A stretch of 64,000 nucleotides of DNA from an uncultured Holophagales bacterium (GTDB lineage: Bacteria; Acidobacteriota; Thermoanaerobaculia; Multivoradales; UBA5704), in assembly GCA_963842525.1 (NCBI GenBank), contig CAWJGT010000003.1:1280001-1344000 (forward strand), read 5' to 3'. Made by a program: the position numbers and the translations under genes. The notes under the pieces are model-generated. The model saw only the letters and a list, made by a program, of their open reading frames with translations, was not told the origin of the DNA and made no database searches. Of this stretch, positions 18,915-28,397 are shown piece after piece (within the stretch, counting starts at the first letter, position 1; each line of letters begins with the position of its first letter).

Positions 18915-19499
18915 TCAGGCACCCAGCTCGCGAACGAGCCACGCCCGCGCCAGCGCCCAGTCGCGCTTCACGGTGCGTGGCGAGCAACCGAGCAGCTCGG
19001 CGGTCTCTTCCACCTCCAGGCCGCCGAAGAAGCGCAGCTCGACGACCTTGGCCAGCCGCGGTTGGAGCGCCGCCAGCCGGGTCAGGGCATCGTCGAGGGC
19101 CAGCAGATCGAAGACCTCCGGCGGCGCGGGCAGCGCGTCGAGGGAGGTCACCTCGATGTGCGTCGCGTCCCCGCCCCGCTTCGAGGCGCGCCGGGCGCGG
19201 GCGTGGTCCACGAGCACCTGGCGCATCAGGCTCGAGGCCACTGCGAAGAACTGCCGGCGCTCCTTCCACTGCCGCCGCCGCTGCTCGGAGAGCCGCAGGA
19301 AAGCCTCGTGGACAAGGGCCGTGGGCTGCAGCGTGTGGTCGTGCCGTTCGCCCCGCATCTGCGCCGCCGCAATGGCCCGCAGATCGTCATACACAAGATG
19401 GCCGAGACGCCGGAACGCCTCGTGGTCACCCTGTTCCCAGGCCACCAGCAGCTCGGTGACCTCCGCGCCGCCCGCCGCGAGATCCTCAGCAGAGCTCAT
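18915..19499 (-). CDS. ECF sigma factor, kinase-associated (TIGR02999/ECF43-like)
   Basis: HTLQPTALVHEAFLRL, VVELRFFGGL, TVKRDWALARAWL; directly upstream of the kinase. Confidence 0.92.
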   Translation of the reverse strand: MSSAEDLAAGGAEVTELLVAWEQGDHEAFRRLGHLVYDDLRAIAAAQMRGERHDHTLQPTALVHEAFLRLSEQRRRQWKERRQFFAVASSLMRQVLVDHARARRASKRGGDATHIEVTSLDALPAPPEVFDLLALDDALTRLAALQPRLAKVVELRFFGGLEVEETAELLGCSPRTVKRDWALARAWLVRELGA

Positions 19500-19544
19500 C
19501 TGAGGCCAGTCTGCCCGAAAGCAGGCGGACGGGCAAGGCGTTTT

Positions 19545-20379
19545 TCAGGCGTCCAGGTCCGTCATCGCCGCCCGCGCCAGCTCCCGCCAGCGCTTGCCGG
19601 TGATGGGAAAGTCCCAGCGCTCGTATTGTAGGGGTCCTTCGTGCGGCGGCTTGGTGAAGTCGCAGGCCGGGGCCTCACGGAAGGTCTCGTGGACGGCGGG
19701 GAGGAACAGCCGCAGGATACTGAGCTGGGTGGCGAAGCAGTCGGCCATCCTCGTCTTCAGCTCCTGCTCGGCCGGCGTGAGGTCGACTCTACGCGTCTCG
19801 ACCTTCTCCGGGACGGGCAGCAGCTCCTGGATCACCATGTCGTCCTTGCCGATGGCTCCCGGGCGGGCGTGGTAGAGCGGCATCTCCACCAGGTCCGGAG
19901 GCTCGACCCCTTCGCGGCGCAGCAGCTCCACCGCGGCGCGACAGGCGAAGGCGGCTGCGTCATGGTCGGGGTGTCCTCCTTCATAGGCGTGGGTGAGGAC
20001 GATCTCCGGCCGCAGCTCGCGACAGAGGGCGGCGATCTCGCGGGCGAGCCGGGGCAGGTCCAGGACTGCCTCCTGGTCGGCGATGCCTCCGAGCATCAGC
20101 AGCCGTTCCGGGCCGATCCCGACCAGTGCCATGGCCGCCGCGAGCTCGCGGCGCCTTGCCTGCGTCGTACTCCTCGCGGGAGCCGGTGAACCCCTGCGCG
20201 AAGAATTGCGGATCGCGCGGCGCTCCGTCCGTCACATGGACCACCCGGACATCCCGCAGCCGGGCCAGCAGGGCGCCGGCGCCGATCGTCTCGTCGTCCG
20301 GATGGGCCACCACCACGAGGACGCGCGATCCGCCGCTCAGGAATCGATCAAGGGTCTCCCGGGGGCGGACCAGATTCAT
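19545..20379 (-). CDS. PIG-L/LmbE family deacetylase (frameshift near 20160)
   Basis: VAHPDDE, VTDGAP, THAYEGGHPDHD motifs split over two frames. Confidence 0.85.
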
Positions 20380-21231
20380 GCGTAAAGGTCGAAGCGCCGT
20401 CCGGCTCCGGTGGAGAGGGTGTTGCGCTCCGCGGAAGATGTCCGGGGCCAGGGGCGCGGCGAGTTGCCGCACCTCGGGGCGCAGGCGGACCCAGCGCAGC
20501 CTCCGTTTCGCCTCCGGACGGAGCCGGGCCAGGGTGAATGCCACCTTGCGGCGGGTCGCCTCCGGCCCGAAGGAGTCCCAGTACCCCGGGCTGTTGAGCG
20601 AGAAGAACGACAGCGCGTCCGCATCGTTGAGCAGGGCCAGGTCCGCTGCGTCAGGATCGCCGGGGGCCGGCATCCGCTCGTGGGCCGCGATCAGGCGTTC
20701 GACCCGCCGACGCGCCTCCGGCTCCAGCCCGGCCTCGGCGAGCAGCTCCTCGGCCATCCGCGCCCCGGCCTCGATATCGTGGAACAGACCGGCGATCTGG
20801 ACCTCCAGGCCCGCATCGGGCTGCAGCCGGAGCATCCACTGCCAGACGTCCAGGGCGTGCGCGTAGCCGGCGCGGACGAGCGGTCTGCTCAGGTCGTGCA
20901 GGGCCCGGTGGCGCGCGAGCACGGCGTCGATCTCCGGGAAGCCCGAGGCCGCGTTCCGCCGCCCGGCGAGGCGCTGGCAGCGGGTCACGACCTCGAGGGC
21001 CATCCGCGGCAGCTCCTCGGGGTCCGCGCCCAGCCAGAGGAGGAACGGGCCGCCCGCCGCCTGCTCGGCGAGAGTATCCATCCGGGCATCGAAGGCGTAG
21101 AAGTCGAACCGCGGTTGTTCCCATTCCGCCTGCCAGAGCACAGCCCGCGGCGAGCCATTGCCGGTGCCCTCCGCTCCCAACACGACCGTGGGGAACTCCG
21201 CGGCGACTGGCTCCAACCCGCGGAACGGCAT
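20376..21231 (-). CDS. DUF4202/HD-like protein (probable frameshift near 20450; start uncertain)
   Basis: HALDVWQW, AGLFHDIE, LNDADALSFF motifs; alternative frame ends in an ATGA overlap with the deacetylase. Confidence 0.65.
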
Positions 21232-21354
21232 CGCCGGGAGCACTCCCGGCACTTCACTCCGAAAGATGACCTCTAGATGAGAAATTGTAGACCTCCCCTG
21301 GCAAAGACCTGCTCTTGAGTTGCTGAAGTGCAAGCCGCGGGCCACCTCAGGTCC

Positions 21355-21441
21355 TCGCCCAGGGTTCACACCCTGGGCTACCCAGTTCCGCCCTCCGGGC
21401 TCTCGAAGATTCGGAGCCCAGGGTGTGAACCCTGGGCGAGA
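21355..21441. repeat. REP doublet (CCCAGGG..CCCTGGG family)
   Basis: CTCGCCCAGGGTTCACACCCTGGGCT / AGCCCAGGGTGTGAACCCTGGGCGAG. Confidence 0.8.
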
Positions 21442-21477
21442 GGCTGCCCTTTTTTACAGAGATATAATTCTGCGCCA

Positions 21478-22113
21478 ATGCCCTCCGTCCCTTCGAGTCC
21501 TCTTCGGGCACACACCCCCGGCGTCCTGCTGTTCCTGTTCATCCCGTTGGTGCTCTTCCTGTTCGTCCGCCACCCCGAGCCGGTGGGGCTCAGCCTGGCG
21601 GCCGGCGTCGTCCTGATCATCGGCCACCGGCGGCTGGCGCGGCCGTACATGCGGCGGGTGCTTCCGTGGAAGTGCGTCTGGTGCAACCGGATATTGCCTT
21701 CGGAGACGGGCGGGACGATCGATCTGCGGGCGGGCTCCGAGACGCTGACGGCGCGCTGCTGCTCCGGCCATTGCGAGCCCGCGGCCCGGTTCTTCACCTT
21801 CCTTCAGGCCTGGCGCTGGCCGCTGCGTCTCGGGATCTTCGTACCGCTCCTGCTGCTGCTCGCCGCGCTGGCGGCGACCGCCTTCGGCCTTCAGGTCCCG
21901 CTGGCGGATGCCACGGCGCTTTTCAAGGTGGTCGTCGGGATCACCGTGAACATGGCCGCGCTGGGCTACCTCTTCATGGCACCGGCCTCCACCCTGGCCG
22001 TCCCCTTCCCGGTCCACAACTTCTTCCTGCTCGGCGTGCGGAATCTCCTGTGGATCTTCCGCCTGGTGGGGATCTGGTGGATCTGGCAGGGGCTCTCCTG
22101 GCTCCTGCGGTAG
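21478..22113 (+). CDS. Hypothetical integral membrane protein with CxxC...CC motif
   Basis: Several TM segments; KCVWCNR...RCCSGHC; TATAAT just upstream. Confidence 0.7.
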   Translation: MPSVPSSPLRAHTPGVLLFLFIPLVLFLFVRHPEPVGLSLAAGVVLIIGHRRLARPYMRRVLPWKCVWCNRILPSETGGTIDLRAGSETLTARCCSGHCEPAARFFTFLQAWRWPLRLGIFVPLLLLLAALAATAFGLQVPLADATALFKVVVGITVNMAALGYLFMAPASTLAVPFPVHNFFLLGVRNLLWIFRLVGIWWIWQGLSWLLR

Positions 22114-22117
22114 GGCA

Positions 22118-23473
22118 TCACCGCGCCGGCGTCGCCCAGGGGAGGTGGCCGTTCCGGTACTCCAGGAGGAACTGGGCGTTCCGGGGGTACCAGGGGCTCA
22201 CGAAGTCCCGCGTCAGGACCAGGTCGCTCTGTCCGGTGGGGTAGTAGAAGGCGCCGATCGCCTGGATCCCCATGGCGACGACCAGGCCGGCCACGAACAC
22301 GAGCCGCAACAACAGACCCATCCGCGCCAGGACCGGGACCAGCATCCAGACGAAGACCGGCAGCAGGTCGATCAGGAAGCGGGGGCCATAGCCGTAGCCG
22401 CCCCGCCAGTCCGTCTTGCCGTAGAGGAACAGATGGCCGACCACGCCCAGGGTGAGGCAGAGCGTCAGCAGCCGGTCCCGCGGCAGGCCGGCGACGAAGG
22501 GGCGCGCCACCAGGAAGAGGAGGAAGGGGGAAAAGATCAGCAACCCCTTGCCGGGGCTCAACAGGAGCCCCAGGGCGCCCCAGAGCGGCGAATAGGAGAA
22601 GAACTGCCCCATGGGCGCCGTGAGGGGATAGTTCCCCAACGGGTGCGCCAGGTAGTGGAGGTTGTAGGCGAAGGCCAGGACGCCGATCACGGCGATGGGC
22701 GCCGCGAACCAGGCCAGGAGCCGTTTCTCGGGGACGGCCGCCGCCAGGTAGAGCGCAACGCAGGCCGCCAGCACCACGTCGGGAGGGCGGTTGGCGATGA
22801 ACAGCCCGCAGAGCACGCCTGCCACGGCCAGCCGCCGCGGCGTCCACGATCCTATTGATCCGGAGGGGCCTGTGACCGCCAGCAGGATCCCCACGAGCAG
22901 GAGTTGGGCCGGTCCGTGCTGCCAGAGCGCTTGGCTGCTGGTGGCCCACGTGTTGGTCCCGAAGGCATAGGCCAGCGTGAGGAGGGCCGCGTCGCGGGGT
23001 GGAGCGCGGCGGCGCAGGAGCAGATAGAAGAACGCCACCGAGAGGGCCGCCACCGTGGAGGCCGCGAGCTTCTCCATCAGGGCCGCGGTATAGATGAGCA
23101 ACCGCCTGTCCCAGCCGCTCCGCTCCATATAGATCACCGCAGGCGGGTAGAGAGGTGTCACCAGCAGCGGCGTGACAATGGGATAGCGCGACACGAGATG
23201 GCCGCCGATCTCCTCGGCCCAGTAGGGGTTCTTGAAGATCCAGATGACGTGCCACCGGAAGTCGTCCAGGGTCAGGCTGCCGGAATGCAGGAGGGCGAAC
23301 GGCAGGAAGCGGCTCGGGCGGGTGTCCCCCGTGGCAATGACCCGCAGGTTCGCGTTGTAGACGGCGAGCGCGAGCACGAAGAAGAGCGCGGCCTTCCTGC
23401 GGTCCGAACGAGGCGAGACCTCGGCAGGCCCGCCGGCGGAAGGCGGAGCAGCAGTCTCCGACATGGGCGGCAT
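22118..23473 (-). CDS. GT-C-type multi-pass membrane glycosyltransferase-like protein
   Basis: Many TMs; TSSQALWQHGP, LLSPGKGLLIFSP, WRGGYGYGPRFL. Confidence 0.7.
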   Translation of the reverse strand: MPPMSETAAPPSAGGPAEVSPRSDRRKAALFFVLALAVYNANLRVIATGDTRPSRFLPFALLHSGSLTLDDFRWHVIWIFKNPYWAEEIGGHLVSRYPIVTPLLVTPLYPPAVIYMERSGWDRRLLIYTAALMEKLAASTVAALSVAFFYLLLRRRAPPRDAALLTLAYAFGTNTWATSSQALWQHGPAQLLLVGILLAVTGPSGSIGSWTPRRLAVAGVLCGLFIANRPPDVVLAACVALYLAAAVPEKRLLAWFAAPIAVIGVLAFAYNLHYLAHPLGNYPLTAPMGQFFSYSPLWGALGLLLSPGKGLLIFSPFLLFLVARPFVAGLPRDRLLTLCLTLGVVGHLFLYGKTDWRGGYGYGPRFLIDLLPVFVWMLVPVLARMGLLLRLVFVAGLVVAMGIQAIGAFYYPTGQSDLVLTRDFVSPWYPRNAQFLLEYRNGHLPWATPAR

Positions 23474-23567
23474 GGGAAGCGAAGGCTATCACTCCGGAGC
23501 TTCCCGGATACGGCTCGATTCTTGCACATAGTGAAACATGGATTTTCGCTCGAAAGGAGGCTTCGAC

Positions 23568-24125
23568 ATGCATCAAAGAATCGAGTTGAACATCGTGCTC
23601 GGCCTCGTGCTCGTGGCCGTGCTGGGGATGGCGCAGCCCGCGCTGGCCCAGATCGGAGAGACGTGCGGTGGCATCGGTGGGCTCCGGTGTGCGGCGGGCC
23701 AGGCCTGCCAGTATCCGGAGAACCAGTGCAACACCGCTGACCTTGCCGGTGTCTGCGTGGCCGTGCCGGCGGATTGCCCGCGGCAGGGGCCGCCGGTCTG
23801 CGGCTGCGACGGCAAGACCTATGCGAACGAGTGCGAGCTGCTGAAGGCCGGCGTCCGGCCGCTGCGCAAGGGCGCTTGTGGCATGGAAGGGAAGGCCTGC
23901 AAGGCCGATACGGACTGCGAGGGTGCCAACGAATTCTGCGAATTCAAGGCCGGCACTTGCGGCGACCGGGGCGCCGGCAAGTGCACGGTCAAGCCGGAAA
24001 TCTGTACCCAGATCTTCCAGCCCGTGTGCGGTTGTGACAATCGCACCTACGGCAACGACTGCCAGCGGCAGGCGGCCGGCGTCTCGCTCAAGTCCGAGGG
24101 CGAGTGCCCTGGCGCGAAGAAGTAG
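23568..24125 (+). CDS. Secreted Kazal-type protease-inhibitor domain protein (2 domains)
   Basis: AGGAGG RBS; signal peptide; PVCGCDGKTYANEC and PVCGCDNRTYGNDC. Confidence 0.88.
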   Translation: MHQRIELNIVLGLVLVAVLGMAQPALAQIGETCGGIGGLRCAAGQACQYPENQCNTADLAGVCVAVPADCPRQGPPVCGCDGKTYANECELLKAGVRPLRKGACGMEGKACKADTDCEGANEFCEFKAGTCGDRGAGKCTVKPEICTQIFQPVCGCDNRTYGNDCQRQAAGVSLKSEGECPGAKK

Positions 24126-24966
24126 AAGCGGCCGGCTCCGCGAGGTCGCGCAGCAGCGATTCGTACTGGTCCAGCACACGGTCGATGTGGGTGAGCTCGC
24201 GGACCGCGCGCAGGCGTTCGAGCGCCGTGTGCCATTCGGGAGAGCCGAAGGAATCCCGCGCCCGTTCGATCGTGGCCTGGACCGACGCCGGCTCCGGCTC
24301 GCAGTAGTATGGATAGTCGGCACCCAGGAGCTCGACCGCTGTCTCGTCGCGGGTCGTGATCAGGGTCGCGTCGCACGCCGCGGCCGTCGAGACCTTGCAG
24401 TTGGGCTTGTAGAGGATCTCCCGGCCGGGGCGCCGGATCGAGAGATGGCAGTTGAAGCGGGATGCCGCGTCGAAGTATCCGTCCTCGACACACTCCACGC
24501 CATCGAGCCGGCCCCACAGATCGAACGACCGCTGCAGGCCGAGGTATCCGAGGGCCATCCGGTCGGCGGGAGCCTGGTTCGGAGCGTACCGCGGGTCCCA
24601 CTGGTGGTAGATCACCCGGTCCGGCCGGTTCCGCCGGCCGAAGTCGGCGAGCTGGCGCCTGTTCTTGAGGATCAGCGCGTCGAACAGCCAACAGTTCTTG
24701 ATCCGGCGTTTGAAGACGACGGTGTCCTGCACGTCGAGGACGAGCCGGTTGCCGCGCGCGCGGGCGAGCAGCAGGTGGTCGAGGCGGGAGGTCTTGATGA
24801 AGACCAGGATGCTGCGCTTCAGGGCGGGCAGCTCGCGGGCGCCGACTCCGCGGGCGTTCCAGCCACGGGCCGCGAGACCGCTGGCGATCTGGTCGGCCCC
24901 CATCACGGTCGACCCCTTCTCGTAATACTTGACGAAGGCGATCTGGACAGGCGGCGCCGGGCTCAT
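24088..24966 (-). CDS. Hypothetical glycosyltransferase-like protein
   Basis: YKPNCKVSTAAAC, LLGADYPYY; stop/start overlap with the upstream GT14 gene. Confidence 0.55.
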   Translation of the reverse strand: MSPAPPVQIAFVKYYEKGSTVMGADQIASGLAARGWNARGVGARELPALKRSILVFIKTSRLDHLLLARARGNRLVLDVQDTVVFKRRIKNCWLFDALILKNRRQLADFGRRNRPDRVIYHQWDPRYAPNQAPADRMALGYLGLQRSFDLWGRLDGVECVEDGYFDAASRFNCHLSIRRPGREILYKPNCKVSTAAACDATLITTRDETAVELLGADYPYYCEPEPASVQATIERARDSFGSPEWHTALERLRAVRELTHIDRVLDQYESLLRDLAEPAASTSSRQGTRPRT

Positions 24967-25907
24967 GGCATCTCCTGCGGCTCGATGCCGAGCAGCTCGC
25001 GGTCGATGCGGTCGAGCACCTCGCGGTCGACTCCGAGGTCGATCTTGCGCGCGAAGTGATAGCGGCCGCTCGCCAGCAGAGGCAGGTCGGCCACGGTGAG
25101 GACGCGGGGCGAGCCGCGATGGGCCCGCGAGTAGTCGATGTAGCGAAAGTCGTCGTCGACCAGCTCGAACCGGCCGCTGTTGACGAGCACTGTCTGGACG
25201 AGCGACTCCTCGGGGGCGATCGTGCCGCGGTAGTGCTCCTCGACCTCAGGGTGCTCCGCCAGGAAGTCGCGCAGATAGAGGACGGCCCGGCGCCGCAGCG
25301 AAAAAAAGGCCCAGCCGCCGTAGCAGCGGAAGCCGTCGCCGAAAGGCACCCGAAGCCGGCGGACCCCGACGTAGGGGCCATAGTCGAGATAGAAGTGGAG
25401 CGGCGCGAGGCGGGTGACGAAGCGGACCGCGCGGAGCGCGCCCTCGGCCCCATCGCGGAGGCGCCGGTAGCGGTACCAGTAGCGGGCCTGCGCCTTGCGC
25501 CGCGGCCAAGGGCTCTCCGGCGACAGCACGTCCCAGTAGCGCAGGAATCCGTCGCACTGGGCGGCGTCGAGGAAGGCTTCGATCCGCGGGACCGGCGTCA
25601 CCGGATAGTCCTGGGCGGTGAGGTTGACGAGCCAGTCATAAGCGATGCCCTGGCGCTCCAGCCAGTCGATGGCATGGAGGTATGGTTGGACCTGGCAACA
25701 GAAGTGCGCGCGGATGCGCGGCCCCGAATCGGGCAGCAGGTAGGTGTCCGGCAGCCCGGCGAGCGGCGCCCAGTCGAGGGGGCAGCGGGCGGAGTCGTGC
25801 TGAACCACCACGATAGCGCGTGGGCTCCCGCGCCGCAGGGTCCGGACCAGCCGGTAGACCTGCTCCGGGTCGCGGTGGCTCTGGATGAAGTAGCAGACCG
25901 TGGTCAT
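24963..25907 (-). CDS. Core-2/I-branching beta-1,6-GlcNAc transferase family (GT14)
   Basis: YFIQSHRDP, NLTAQDYP, PEESLVQT, RYIDY, FARKID. Confidence 0.85.
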   Translation of the reverse strand: MTTVCYFIQSHRDPEQVYRLVRTLRRGSPRAIVVVQHDSARCPLDWAPLAGLPDTYLLPDSGPRIRAHFCCQVQPYLHAIDWLERQGIAYDWLVNLTAQDYPVTPVPRIEAFLDAAQCDGFLRYWDVLSPESPWPRRKAQARYWYRYRRLRDGAEGALRAVRFVTRLAPLHFYLDYGPYVGVRRLRVPFGDGFRCYGGWAFFSLRRRAVLYLRDFLAEHPEVEEHYRGTIAPEESLVQTVLVNSGRFELVDDDFRYIDYSRAHRGSPRVLTVADLPLLASGRYHFARKIDLGVDREVLDRIDRELLGIEPQEMP

Positions 25908-26007
25908 CGGCGCACACCGCGACCGCAGGCACGACCTCGCTGCCGCATCTCGGAACCCTCGTCGCCGTTCATCCGCCAAGATTCTATGCGATCACGAGAG
26001 CCCTACA

Positions 26008-27585
26008 TCACTTCATCCCAAGCTCGCGCATGCGACGGCGCAGCGCGCTGGCCGAAACTTCGAGCGCCGCCGCCATCGTCTCGATGTGACCGCCGTGCTC
26101 GGCAGCGGCGGCGGCGATCTCTTCGCGCCCCAGACCGGCGGCGGTGCGCAGATGGCGGCTCCTGGCGATCAGGTCGTAGATCGACGACCGCGGAATTCCC
26201 AGGCGCCGCGCCGCGGCCTGCGGGCGGAAACGCGCGGCGCGCATCGCCGCCACGAGCTCGACTTCGCTGATGTCGGCGGGTTTGCGTTCGCCCGCGGCCG
26301 GCTGCTGCAGCATATCGACAGCCGCCGCTGCGACCACCCGCGCGGGCGGCAATAACGCTTCGAGTCTCGGGTCGAGCATCGCGCGGTTTTCGCCCCGGTT
26401 GACGATCACCAACTGGCGCACCGCGCTGCGCAGCTCGCGGATGTTGCCCGGCCACGGCGCGAGGGCGAACCGCGCGACGATGGAGGCCGGCAGCCACTCC
26501 GTCCCGGCAGCGAGCCGGTGCGGCTCGCCGATGCGCTCCAGCTCCTCGCGCAGGAAGAGGACGAAGAGCCGTCCGACATCGTCACGGCGCGCGGCGAGCG
26601 GTGGCACGACGATCTCGAAGCCGCGCAGGCGGTGGAACAGGGGCGCGCGGAAACGGTGGTCGGCGACCGCGGCCTCGAGGTCGGCGTCGGTGGCGGCGAC
26701 GAGCCGCACGTCGACCCGCCGCGCCGCGCCCGTCCCGACCGGCTGGATCTCGCCGCTCTCCAGCGCGCGCAGGAGCAGCGGCTGGACGGCGTCGGGCGTC
26801 TCGCCGATCTCGTCGAGGAAGAGGGTGCCGCCGTGGGCCTCGGTGAACCATCCCGGCCGGCGACGGTCGGCCCCGGTGAAGGCGCCGCGCTCGGCGCCGA
26901 AGAGCTCGGCGGCGGCCAGCTCCGCGGGCACCGCCGCCATGTTCACCGCGACGAACGGACCGCCGCGGCGCGGGCTCGCCGCGTGCAGCGCCCGCGCCAC
27001 CAGCTCCTTGCCAGTGCCGGTCGCGCCGCGCACCAGGACTGCCACGTCGAGGTCGGCGGCGCGGGCCACGGCGCGGCGCACCGCCACCATGCCGGTGCTG
27101 TCGCCGATCATCCCCCAGCGGGGCAACCCAGGGTCGAGCTGCGGGTCGAGCCGGTGGAGCAGCAGGACGACGATGCCGCCGAACAGGAGGACGGCGCCGC
27201 CGGCGAGCCGCTCGGGCGGCACGACGCACCCGCCGCCGACCGGCTCGCCATCGATCGCGAGCGCCGTCGGGCTGTCACCGCGTGTGATCGCGATCCCGTC
27301 CGCCGCCATGCGGAGATGGATCGGCCGCCGGCTGAGCCGGGCGTCGTCGAGCGGCCGTGCCGTGCCGCCGGGCGCGGCGAACCGTGGCTCGAGCCGCGAG
27401 AGCGCTGCGTCTCGCCCCGCGTCGAGAGCGGCCAGCACGGCGCGCTCTCCGACCCGGTCAGTGTCCGGGTGCCAGAGCACGGTGAGCCCCCAGACGAAGA
27501 ACGCGGCACCCGAGCGGTCTCCGGCCTCCTCCGTGGTCGAATCGGCCTCGATAGTCGTCGCCTGTGCGGCCGGACGTGGGTCCAT
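26008..27585 (-). CDS. Sigma54-dependent enhancer-binding protein with FHA-like N-terminus
   Basis: GATGTGKE, ELFGAERGAFTGA, LFLDEIGE, WPGNIREL, C-terminal HTHs; no receiver domain. Confidence 0.9.
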   Translation of the reverse strand: MDPRPAAQATTIEADSTTEEAGDRSGAAFFVWGLTVLWHPDTDRVGERAVLAALDAGRDAALSRLEPRFAAPGGTARPLDDARLSRRPIHLRMAADGIAITRGDSPTALAIDGEPVGGGCVVPPERLAGGAVLLFGGIVVLLLHRLDPQLDPGLPRWGMIGDSTGMVAVRRAVARAADLDVAVLVRGATGTGKELVARALHAASPRRGGPFVAVNMAAVPAELAAAELFGAERGAFTGADRRRPGWFTEAHGGTLFLDEIGETPDAVQPLLLRALESGEIQPVGTGAARRVDVRLVAATDADLEAAVADHRFRAPLFHRLRGFEIVVPPLAARRDDVGRLFVLFLREELERIGEPHRLAAGTEWLPASIVARFALAPWPGNIRELRSAVRQLVIVNRGENRAMLDPRLEALLPPARVVAAAAVDMLQQPAAGERKPADISEVELVAAMRAARFRPQAAARRLGIPRSSIYDLIARSRHLRTAAGLGREEIAAAAAEHGGHIETMAAALEVSASALRRRMRELGMK

Positions 27586-27618
27586 GGGGGAATCACTCTA
27601 CAAGCCTCTCATGGCGCT

Positions 27619-27657
27619 GTCGACATCCTTCGACGAGGCTCGACATCATTCGACGCC
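27619..27657 (+). promoter_or_regulatory. Putative activator binding site (direct repeat TCGACATCNTTCGACG x2)
   Basis: TCGACATCCTTCGACG and TCGACATCATTCGACG about 65-100 bp upstream of the sigma54 promoter. Confidence 0.55.
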
Positions 27658-27720
27658 GCTTGATGCCGAACGGTCCTGTGTGCCCGGTGCCGGAGCTGGT
27701 GATCCGGAGGGTTCGGCGGA

Positions 27721-27736
27721 TGGCACGTCCGTTGCT
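27721..27736 (+). promoter_or_regulatory. Sigma54 -24/-12 promoter
   Basis: TGGCACG-TCCG-TTGCT matches TGGCACG-N4-TTGCW. Confidence 0.85.
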
Positions 27737-27813
27737 CCCTGGCTCTCCTATCTCAACTCGATTCCTCGCTGCCGGGATGAGCCCGCAACGTGACTTCAAA
27801 CAAGGAGAAGCCT

Positions 27814-28386
27814 ATGGCCACCTATTCGATCGACCTCGGCTTGGATGCGGATGCGCCGGGACAAAACAACGTCTTCCCATTGCAGATTGAGTTGTGCAGC
27901 GGAGAGCTGACACACAGCGGCAGTGGTCTCATCAATGGCTTTACACCGACAGCACTCGCATCGTTTGATGAGATCCTGTCTGGCGACACCATTGTTTTCC
28001 GTGTCTTCAACATCACGGGGATTGGTGGCAGCAGCATCAACAGCTTTACTGGGAATCCGGGAAGCATCACATTTTCTTTCACTGTGAACCCCAATTCGGT
28101 TGGCCAGCCATCGGTCCCGTTTTCGCAGATACCTGGCAATATCTCCAGTGCAGGCCCTCAGCCGTGCCTGAGCTTCGCCTCCGGGCCTAATACCTCCTGG
28201 CCCTGTTTTTACAAGCTGGAGAGCGGCAATAATCAGCTCATAACCCATCTGGTTAACCCGGTAACTTCGCCTACGTCATATCAGATGTCGCTCAGCCTAC
28301 AGATCGGGAGGAGTGACAGCATGACCCCTGTCACCTACTCCGTCGACCCGGAAATGGTGGTCGGCCCGGATCCCTCCGGCATGTGA
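27814..28386 (+). CDS. Hypothetical beta-rich protein ending DPEMVVGP; putative sigma54 target
   Basis: AAGGAG RBS; visibly lower GC than neighbours; no signal peptide. Confidence 0.8.
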   Translation: MATYSIDLGLDADAPGQNNVFPLQIELCSGELTHSGSGLINGFTPTALASFDEILSGDTIVFRVFNITGIGGSSINSFTGNPGSITFSFTVNPNSVGQPSVPFSQIPGNISSAGPQPCLSFASGPNTSWPCFYKLESGNNQLITHLVNPVTSPTSYQMSLSLQIGRSDSMTPVTYSVDPEMVVGPDPSGM

Positions 28387-28397
28387 CGATCCCGCTC

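Noticed and set aside
19545-21369. HD-domain/PIG-L fusion
   Set aside because: An alternative frame ends in an ATGA overlap at the PIG-L start (20376-20379), so an indel near 20450 is more likely
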